Origin: Eledone cirrhosa
Taxonomy: Eukaryota
Assembly (NCBI GenBank): GCA_964016885.1
Contig: OZ024744.1
Span: 82,894,001 to 82,958,000 of the forward strand
DNA: 64,000 nucleotides
Direction of reading: 5' to 3'
Made by a program: the position numbers and the translations under genes. Numbering within the stretch: position 1 is the first letter of the stretch; each line of letters begins with the position of its first letter. A model generated the notes under the pieces. It saw nothing but the letters and a program-made list of their open reading frames with translations, was not told where the DNA came from and did not search any database. Shown here piece after piece: positions 55,010 to 64,000 of this stretch.

Positions 55010-55780
55010 ATGGGGATGGTGATGGTGATGTAGATGGTGATGGTGATGGTGATGTAGATGGTGATGGTGATGGTAATGGTGATGATGACGGTGATGGTGA
55101 TGGTGATGGTGATGGTAATTGATGGTGATGGTAATGGTGATGTTGATGGTGATGGTGAAGGTGATGATGATGGTGATGGTGATGGTGATGTAGATGGTGA
55201 TGGTAATTGTTATGGTGATGTTGATGCTGGTGATGGTGATGGTGATGTTGATGTTGATGATGATGGTGATGGTGATGGTGATGGTGATGTTGATGGTGAT
55301 GGTAATGTTGATCGTGATGGTAATGTTGATGATGATGGTGATGGTGATGGTGACAGTGATGATGTTGTTGATGGTGATGGTGATGTTGATGGTGATGGTG
55401 ATGTTGATGATGATGGTCATGGTGATGATGATGTTGATGGTGATGGTAATGTTGATGATAATGGTGATAGTGATTTTGATGGTGATGGTGATGGTGATGA
55501 TGTTGTTGATGGTGACGGTGATGATGTTGTTGATGGTGATGGTGATGTTGATGGTGATGGTGATGTTGATGATGATGGTAATGTTGATGATAATGGTGAT
55601 AGTGATGGTGATGGTGATGGTGATGGTGACGGTGATGATGTTGTTGATGGTGATGATGTTGTTGATGGTGATAGTGATGTTGATGGTGATGTTGATGATG
55701 ATGTAGATGGTGATGGTGATGGTGATGTTGATGGTGATGGTAATGTTGATGATGATGGTGATAGTGATGGCAACGATGTT
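55010..55780. repeat. Degenerate (GAT/GGT/GTT)n trinucleotide array
   Basis: Direct reading. Similar arrays lie at 57065-57830 and 59700-59945. Confidence 0.95.
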
Positions 55781-55891
55781 AACTCAAGCAAAAATAAAGC
55801 GAATGAACTGCCTATACCTTATAAACTTTCATTTATGTGAGACTTGTTTTCAACGTTGAGAAAAGTTAGTATCGAAGCGGCGCAAACTACT

Positions 55892-55923
<32 letters not shown>

Positions 55924-56104
55924 CTAACTGGGCCCGTCCGGCTGGCCACCGGCAGGGTATATCTGTACCCACCATTCCACTGCAATGATACCACACACCC
56001 TCCAGTGTCACATTGTCCTTCCGACTTCGTAGCAATGGGGAGGAGCTACCGTAGAAATGATTTTTAAAAAGAAAGAGTTAAGCTGAAGTTGTTAATATAC
56101 ATAC

Positions 56105-56335
56105 ATACATGGTGGCTGCCAACTCGTTTTCGAGTACGGCCACTACTTTATATCCATGTAGGAGAACCCCTACCGAAGCGCTAAACGAGTGTGACTTTTT
56201 AGTCCAGTCCAGCGACTTGAAAAACTCTGGTACAAACACTACACTTGTGACAATTATTGACACATTAGTGCTGGGCCCATGGTACCATGTAACGACAAGT
56301 GCAGAGAGATCTCCAGATATAAAGCAATGCCTGTG
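56105..56335. repeat. Dispersed structured repeat (family E), copy 2
   Basis: Matches 2955-3180 and has (CATA)n on both sides. Confidence 0.78.
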
Positions 56336-56526
56336 CATACATACATACATACATATATACGACCGTCAGCTTTATAAGTATAGATATATGTGTGTGTTTG
56401 TGTATGTGTATGTGTGTTTGTGTATGTGTGTATGTGCATCTGTGTGTCTGTGTGTTTAGTTTTGATGTTATCCGACAATTGGCGAAATGAGGTGTGAAAT
56501 ATATGTGTATTTGTGTGTGTGTGTGT

Positions 56527-56564
<38 letters not shown>

Positions 56565-56740
56565 CTGTGTGTGTGTGTGTTTACTTATGCGAGCGACGAC
56601 CAGAAGAAAGATATACCACGGAAATGAATGTTATTTTTCAATCACCGCTACATTTGATCATACACATTGTTTATTTGAAAATTATTTTAAGCCGATACTT
56701 TATTTAACGTCATTGGAATTTCGGTCACTTGTTGGTCCCC

Positions 56741-56803
<63 letters not shown>

Positions 56804-56864
56804 TCTCTCACTCTCTCTCTCTCTCTCTTACCCTCTCTCTCTCTCTCTCTCTCTCTGAATAACT

Positions 56865-57064
56865 NNNNNNNNNNNNNNNNNNNNNNNNNNNNNNNNNNNN
56901 NNNNNNNNNNNNNNNNNNNNNNNNNNNNNNNNNNNNNNNNNNNNNNNNNNNNNNNNNNNNNNNNNNNNNNNNNNNNNNNNNNNNNNNNNNNNNNNNNNNN
57001 NNNNNNNNNNNNNNNNNNNNNNNNNNNNNNNNNNNNNNNNNNNNNNNNNNNNNNNNNNNNNNNN
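56865..57064. other. Assembly gap (200 N)
   Basis: Run of N. Confidence 1.
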
Positions 57065-57157
57065 TGATGATGATGATGATGATGGTGGTGATGATGATGA
57101 TGATGATGATGATGATGGTGGCGGTGATGGTGATGATGATGATGATGGTGGTGGTGG

Positions 57158-57195
<38 letters not shown>

Positions 57196-57235
57196 GTGGT
57201 GATGATGGTGGTGATGATGATGATGATGGTGGCGG

Positions 57236-57267
<32 letters not shown>

Positions 57268-57572
57268 GTGGTGATGATGGTGGTGATGTTGATGATGATG
57301 ATGGTGATGATGATGATGGTGGCGGTGGTGATGGTGATGGTGATGATGATGATGATGATGATGATGGTGGTTGTGGTGATGATGATGATGATGATGATGG
57401 TGGTTGTGGTGATGATGGTGATGGTGATGGTGTTGATGTTGATGATGATAATACCAATAATAATATTATTAATAATATTATTAATAATATTATTAATAAT
57501 AACAATTATTATTCTAATGTCAACAACAACAACAACAGCAGTATCAATAACAACAATTATAATTAATCAAAC

Positions 57573-57611
<39 letters not shown>

Positions 57612-57828
57612 GGATGATGACAACGTATATTAGCACGACTACAATTACAACGCCACCAACGCCACCCATAATGATGATTTTGACGACCATGATGTTGTTG
57701 ATGATGATGATGATAATGATGATGGTGATGATGATGATGATAATGATGATGATCACGATGATGGTGATGATGATGATGATGATGATGGTGATGGGGATGA
57801 TGAAGATGGTGGGGTTTGTGATGATGAT

Positions 57829-59698
57829 GTTTCATTTCATTTCATTTCATTTGAGTTTGAGTCCATGCTCAAGCCAAGTCGAAGACTCCACCCTCAGAGT
57901 CTGGTGTGGTTGCCAGGTTGGATTCTCTGTTTAATTTTGACATGTGTAGGAGCGAGTTTGAGTCAGTTTGTGCTCGTTGTGTATATCCTGGGAGATGGGG
58001 TTCATCTCTAATGGTGCTTAAGTATCTATCCAGCTGCAATTTGAATGATTCCACACTGCATCCTGATAGATTTCTGACATGTACCGGAATGGAGTTGAAT
58101 AGTTGTGCCCCTCGAACCAACAGACTTGACTCTCGCAGGGTTTTTGCTGCCTGGCCAGCCGTTTTGTTGATTGGTGGTAGCTGGCAGCGTCTTCCGTGGC
58201 GCAGTGAGTGGTAGGTTTTGATACCAAAGTTTGGCACCTTTTGCTCTATCATTTTCCAAATGTATATAATTCGGTATCGCTCAAATCTTCTTTCTATTGA
58301 GTACATCTTCAAGGTTTTGAGTCTTTGCCAATAGTCCAGGTCCCTCGTTTCTGAGAAGTATGAGGTAAAATTTCTTTGGAGCGATTCCATCTTAGATAGT
58401 TGGCCCTTTGTTGTTGGTGACCACAACTGAGAACAATAGTCAATCCTCGGAAGTATCATACTGTTCCAGAGGGTTTTCATTGTTGAGGTATCTCTTGATT
58501 TGAAGGTGCGCAAGATCCACTCGCTGTACTTTCTTGCAGTAAGACAGACTGAGTCAAGGTGTTCTCTGAATTTTAGGCTGGTTCCCATGTGAATGCCTAA
58601 ATCTTTCACACACTGTTTTTCCATTATTTGTTGTCCTGATGGGTTTCTGTAGTTTGTTGTATTTTTCAGATCTTGATCTGTTCCATAGCGAATTAGTTCA
58701 AACTTCTTATCATTGAACAACATGTTGTTTGTTTCCTGCCATTTGTATATGGTGGTTAGGTCCTTTTGTAAGGCCTCTGTATCCACCTCGTCTTTGATTT
58801 GTCTCATGACCCTGGTGTCATCAGCAAAGGATGAGACGTTGCTGGTTGTATCTTCATCTATGTCAGAGATGAGGATGAGAAACAGGATCGGGCCGAGTAC
58901 TGTACCCTGAGGAACACTGCTGGTCACAGGTGATGGTGTTGAATGGGTTCCATTCACAGTGACTGTTTGAGTTCTATTTGTAAGGAACTCATGTATCCAT
59001 GTACCAACTTTTCCTCCTACTCCTAGCTTTCGAAGTTTGTGTCCCAGGATGCCATGATCTACCTTGTCAAATGCCTTGGCAAAGTCGAGGTAAATAACAT
59101 CTGTGTTGTATCCATTCTCTAGATTTTCTAGGATTTGGTCATGGTGTGCCAGTAGTTGGGAAAGACATGATCTACCTAACCTGAATCCATGCTGATTGTA
59201 ATTCATCAGATTGTTGGATTCCAGGAACTCAACCAGTTTTCCACGAACTATTCTTTCGAAGACCTTGATAATGTGTGATGTCAGTGAGATTGGTCGGTAG
59301 TTCTTTGGTTTTGATTTGCTGTCCCCTTTATGTATTGGAGTTATGTGTGCTTCTTTATATGTATTTGGTATTTTGCCATTCTCCATAGATTCCTTCCATA
59401 TCATGTAAAGGGGTTTCAACAATTGTACCTTGCAGTTTTTAAGTATCATGGCATTGAAACCATCAGGCCCCGCAGCCGAGTGCATGGAGAGCTTGTCTAT
59501 GGCTCTTTCTATGTCTTCTGGGTTGAAATCAATGTCGGATAGGGTAGGTTTAGTATGGTCGATATCCTTGAAGAATTCTCCTGGGTCATGGATCTTCATG
59601 GTTTTAGATGGCTCACTGAAGACACTTTCATACTGTTGACCCAACATTTCTGCCATTTCAATAGGGTTATTCACTACATCCCCATTTTGTCTCTGTTA
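57829..59698 (-). mobile_element. 5'-truncated CR1-group LINE with (ATGAA)n tail, inserted in a (CAT)n array
   Basis: An RT ORF with a very short 3' UTR and tandem TGAAA tail. Both flanks are GAT-type microsatellite. Confidence 0.88.
57869..59674 (-). CDS. Non-LTR reverse transcriptase (CR1/L2 group), 601 codons uninterrupted, N-terminally truncated
   Basis: SAAGPDG, NYRPISLTS, QHGFR.GRSC, YLDFAKAFDKVDH, VPQGTVLGP, FADD, KDLGI, DYCSQLWSP and LFNSIP motifs. Confidence 0.95.
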   Translation of the reverse strand: MNNPIEMAEMLGQQYESVFSEPSKTMKIHDPGEFFKDIDHTKPTLSDIDFNPEDIERAIDKLSMHSAAGPDGFNAMILKNCKVQLLKPLYMIWKESMENGKIPNTYKEAHITPIHKGDSKSKPKNYRPISLTSHIIKVFERIVRGKLVEFLESNNLMNYNQHGFRLGRSCLSQLLAHHDQILENLENGYNTDVIYLDFAKAFDKVDHGILGHKLRKLGVGGKVGTWIHEFLTNRTQTVTVNGTHSTPSPVTSSVPQGTVLGPILFLILISDIDEDTTSNVSSFADDTRVMRQIKDEVDTEALQKDLTTIYKWQETNNMLFNDKKFELIRYGTDQDLKNTTNYRNPSGQQIMEKQCVKDLGIHMGTSLKFREHLDSVCLTARKYSEWILRTFKSRDTSTMKTLWNSMILPRIDYCSQLWSPTTKGQLSKMESLQRNFTSYFSETRDLDYWQRLKTLKMYSIERRFERYRIIYIWKMIEQKVPNFGIKTYHSLRHGRRCQLPPINKTAGQAAKTLRESSLLVRGAQLFNSIPVHVRNLSGCSVESFKLQLDRYLSTIRDEPHLPGYTQRAQTDSNSLLHMSKLNRESNLATTPDSEGGVFDLA

Positions 59699-59720
59699 AT
59701 GATGATGTTGTTGATAATTG

Positions 59721-59770
<50 letters not shown>

Positions 59771-60169
59771 GTGGTGGTGATGATGGCGGGGATGGTGACG
59801 GGGATGATGAAGATGGTGGCGGATGTGATGATGGTAATGAAGATGATGATGATGATGGTGGTGATGATGGATGATGATGATGATGACGACGATGATAACA
59901 ATACTGCTGCTGAAGACGTTGATGATGAAGACGACATTATGATGGATGTTATTTTTAAATTTTGAAGGGGTTAGAAAGAAAATAGTTTGAAAATATAACC
60001 TCCCATCCCGCCAAAACAAGAATTAACAGGAAACAATCAGCCCCTTAAGATTGTGGTCGGCTCGGCAGCAAAACGTCACAATTATAAACCAACAATTTCA
60101 AATCCCTAAATACTTTCTTTGCCTCACGAATCAGAATAAAACAGGACTCACTCCGACAGAACCAATAAT

Positions 60170-60675
60170 AATTGTTTCTACTTTTGGCACAAGGCCAGCA
60201 ATTACCCAGTACATTACTGGTACTTTATTTTATCGACCGCGTAAGGATAAAAGGCAAAGTTAACCTCGGCGGGATTTGAACTCAGAATGGCAAACTTTTT
60301 GGCACAAGGCCAGGAATGACACCAGTGCATTACTGGTACTTTATTTTATCGACATGCTGCAAAGCATGCTGCCCTACTTCTACCGATACTGCTGCCCTAC
60401 TTCTACCGGTACTGCTGCCCTACCTTCTACCGATACTGCTGCCCTACTTCTACCGATGCTGCCAATCTAAAAGGTTTCTGATTTAGGCACAAGGCCAAAC
60501 ATTTTAGGGAGAGGAGAAAGTCGATTAAATCGACCCCAGTGCATTACTGATACTTTATTTTATCGACCCCCGTTAGGATAAATGGCAAAGTTAACCTCGG
60601 TGGTAAAGGGCCATAACGCTATGCCTCGAAGCATGGTGTTCGACGCTCTACCGATACTGCCGATCCACCGCCCTA
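60170..60675 (-). mobile_element. Cluster of about three rearranged tRNA-derived SINE copies
   Basis: Repeated GGCACAAGGCC and TTTATCGAC. There is an internal ~23-bp tandem repeat, TACTGCTGCCCTACTTCTACCG. Confidence 0.8.
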
Positions 60676-60980
60676 ATATCAATAATAACAATAGAGTCAC
60701 GTGTACAAACAATTCGGATGTGCAACCAGTGCATAGGCATGTAAGTTGGTGATCCAAAATATATAGTTGTTAACATAAATAAAGGAGAAAAAAACCCAAT
60801 AACCGGCATCGATTAATTGATCCAAGTGATCACTGATCACTATTTAGTACGTTAACTGATAATTTTGTAACGGAAATCACATCTCTGAGGCACTATCTGT
60901 AATTTGTTATATTTCTCAAGAGGATCCGAATAAGGTGAAACATTTGTTCTCGGTATGGTGAACTAACTGTTGTAGATCTA

Positions 60981-61044
<64 letters not shown>

Positions 61045-61051
<7 letters not shown>

Positions 61052-61525
61052 GGAAAAAATGAAACAAAAATTTCATTTCATTTCTCACTCTTAGTACAGC
61101 TGTTACTTAAATATAAGTATGTATACGTACTAAGAGTGAGAAATGAAATGAAATTTCGTTTCAATTTTTCCATTTATCGTTTTCGGTGCGCCCGGCCGAT
61201 TAACTCACTCGATATGCAAATTAGGCTGCTCAGCCGTTAATATGCATAAGGAAAGTATATACTTTCAGACGTTCAATCATCTGTCAGGAAGGTATACGGT
61301 GCTGACGATAGCTAATAAGCTTGAAACTAGTACATCGTTCCTTTGTCAGTGTTGAACAAAAAGGGCACCGATGGTTGCTAAACACTGTACGGCTTAGTTC
61401 GGGATGTTTATTTACAAACAAACCGAGCATTATAATAAATGCTCGGTAAACCCATACGTACATATATATATATATGTGTGCATGTATGTATATATGGTAA
61501 TACTACTGTACGTCTGTATACATAT
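61045..61525 (+). mobile_element. Retrozyme-like element family D: short inverted piece plus forward monomer
   Basis: 61045-61097 is the reverse complement of 61127-61177. The forward part carries a hammerhead. Flanked by (TA)n, with a second copy at 2655-2916. Confidence 0.85.
61296..61338 (+). ncRNA. Minimal type I hammerhead ribozyme
   Basis: ACGGTG-CTGACGA-TAGCT AATA AGCTT-GAAA-CTAG-TA^CATCGT. Stem I is 6 bp, stem II is 4 bp, CTAG is palindromic and the cleavage triplet is GUA. Confidence 0.9.
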
Positions 61526-61544
61526 ATGTATGTACGTGTACATA

Positions 61545-61624
<80 letters not shown>

Positions 61625-61899
61625 GATACCTATATGTATGTATGTATGTGAACCTAATACTAACACTTTCTACTGCACTCCTCGTTATTGTTTTTGTTTT
61701 CTCATTTAACTATATATATATATATATATAATTTTATATGCGAGGAAAAGAATATTACCTATTTTTACTTCAAAGTCCCTATTGCAGTTCCATCGACAGG
61801 TTTGCAGAACTGGTACACCAGAGAAGATCACGAACGCAGTAAGGCAAATATCAATAAATCTTAGAGATTGATGGAACATTGCATGGATCAATGAAAGAC

Positions 61900-63280
61900 A
61901 AATAAATAAAAGAAACATCTACACAGGATAAAACTTCCTAAGTTTAATCTGCGTACAAGAAACTTGATTCGTGCTGTAAACACATGGGTTGTATATGTGA
62001 TACGGTACAGTGCAGGAATGCTCATGTGGACTAAGGCTGAAGTTGATGAGATAGATCAAAGAACAAGAAGAATGTTGTCCAAGCTTAAAAGCATTACATC
62101 TAAAACCAAGTATAAATCCGCTATGTATGAAAGGCACAGTTGGAGGAAGATGGATATGTTTACAGAATGTATCGAATATGATAGGCAAGCCATTAATTAC
62201 CACCTTCAATATTTGAAATTTTAATTTTGTTATTTTATGTTTTCCCCTTTTTTTATTACTTATCTCACTAGCTCTTTTTGATAACCAAACTGTAAGGAAT
62301 CCTTGATACTTCCCCTAGTCTGTCATGGCTTACTAGCTCTATATGGACGTTTAAATTGAATAAGTAAATAAATAAATAAATAAATAAATAAATAGTAGCA
62401 AAAATCTTCTACAGTGTGCCTCAGCCACTATGGATCTAAAATATCCGTTTTCTAGACCCATAGTTGGAGGGTGAAGAAGTGTTTAAAAGACGAGTCTCTA
62501 CGGAGAAAATAGAAATAGTAGTTAGATAGACATTACATGATTAATTTAAAGGACAAACTTTTGAATTAAAGACTGAAATATCTTGAGATTGGCTCTCCCG
62601 CAGTGTGTTAATATCAACTCAAGCCCAAGATTTCAGTAATTAGTTAGTGACTCAAGGGATATATCATCTTAATGAAAGTGTTAAGTGTAGCTTATGTGGA
62701 ATTAATACAGAAAATATCCTCCAAAATGGCGAGTGCTGGCAAACTGGAAGCTCAAAAGGAGTATAAAAAAGACGTGCTAAGGTTTGTATGTAACGTCCAT
62801 AGTCAATGTGAAAAAAAAACATCAGGTGTCCGATATATTGCACCAGCAAATCTCTGAAAGTTTCCTTGATGAAAGAGACAAACCCAAGATAATCTAGAAA
62901 TTCATTATCCAAACGAAGAGCAGACATAAACACAACAGAACTGATATTGTAGTTTTATTGAGCACCAGATTATTGATGTTACCATTCCAGGAGATCGCAA
63001 CTACAAAGAAATTGAAAAAAAAAAAAAAAATCAATATATTCTTGAAGATCAAAATTGCCCGAATGTGGCAAATGCCACATTATCAACATAATTCCAGTTG
63101 TCATTGGAGTTTTGGACGCCATACCCACTGAAATTGAAAGGGTAACTTAAGTAAATAGACCACGGATCACAAATTACTCTCCTACAAAACACTTCCCTGT
63201 TGTGAATTGCCCTTATATTCAGGAAAGTATTGTCAGTATAAGGTCCTTGTTGAGACACGACAGACAGTAGAAGATACAGT
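61900..63280 (+). pseudogene. Decayed R4/Dong-like (restriction-like endonuclease) non-LTR retrotransposon 3' part
   Basis: NLIRAVNTWVVYVIRYSAGMLMWTKAEVDEIDQRTRRML, then RADI/PD-like, IDVTIPGD and IPVVIG segments typical of RLE domains. The region is interrupted. Confidence 0.65.
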
Positions 63281-63309
63281 AATCATCATATTTACTTAGT
63301 AAACTATCA

Positions 63310-63852
63310 ATAATTGTTTTTACTTTTGACTCAAAGCCAACAATTTGAAGGGAATGGGAAAGACAATTAAATCGACATCAGCATATTACTGGTACTTGAG
63401 TTTATTTAAACTATCAACAGCAACAATGATAATAATAACTGTTTCTATTTTAGGCACAAGGCCAGCAATTTGAAGGGGAGAGGAAAGTAGATTAAATCGA
63501 CTCCGGTACTTACTGGTGTTTTCCTTTATCGAGCCCGTAAGGGCGAACGGCAAAGCATAGCTCGGCAGGATTTGAGCTCAGAACGTAAAGGGCCGTAACT
63601 CTATGCTTCGAAGCATGTTGTCCGGGGCTCTACTGATACTTCCAATCTGCTGCCCTTAATAATAATTGTTTCTACACTTGGCACAAGGCCAGCAATTACC
63701 CAGTGCATTACTGGTACTTTATTTTATCGACCCCATAATGATGAAAGGGAAAGTAAACCTCGGCGGGATTTGAACTCATATCATAAAGGGCCGTAACTCT
63801 GTGCTGCAAACATGGCGTCCGATCCTCTACCGATACAGCTAATCACCCATCC

Positions 63853-63916
<64 letters not shown>

Positions 63917-64000
63917 CAACAATAATAACAATAATAATTGTTTCTACAAGGCCAGCAATTACCCCAGTGTTTTAATGGTGCTTTATTTTATCGACCTTGT
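63310..64000 (-). mobile_element. Tandem cluster of about four tRNA-derived SINE copies with (AAT)n spacers
   Basis: Repeated 3' end AATTGTTTCTA, core and B box. Confidence 0.82.

Noticed and set aside
55058-55840. Asp/Gly-rich 260-aa ORF resembling an acidic biomineral protein
   Set aside because: It is a degenerate GAT/GGT microsatellite that is open in several frames, with no signal peptide or splice evidence.

Overview
AT-rich eukaryotic genomic DNA, very rich in microsatellites ((TA)n, (CA)n, (CT)n, (AAT)n, (GAT)n), with a 200-N scaffold gap. The repeat style and SINE types suggest an octopus or other cephalopod (inference, not verified). Almost all short ORFs in the track are microsatellite artefacts. 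The real coding sequence is retrotransposon-derived: a decayed Penelope-like element (RT + GIY-YIG, ~32.6-35.7 kb), a 15-kb stack of at least five L1/Tx1-clade LINEs joined through (ATT)n tracts (39.6-54.6 kb), an uninterrupted 5'-truncated CR1-group RT (57.9-59.7 kb), and RTE and R4/Dong-like fragments. Many tRNA-derived SINEs are also present. The most striking signal is a set of apparently unrelated, non-coding 150-550 bp elements inserted in (TA)n. They carry minimal type I hammerhead ribozymes (found by eye at 4803, 5985, 8248, 15078, 26528, 31964, 35894, 36264 and 61296). Several show inverted-plus-tandem or circularly permuted architecture, as expected for retrozyme-like, Penelope-mobilised elements. 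Some have unusual cores (U4A, U3-A8, U4C, long or branched stem II). A phase-compatible chain of candidate host microexons (6.5-23.9 kb) may be the 3' end of a host gene. All RNA folds were derived by eye and are untested.
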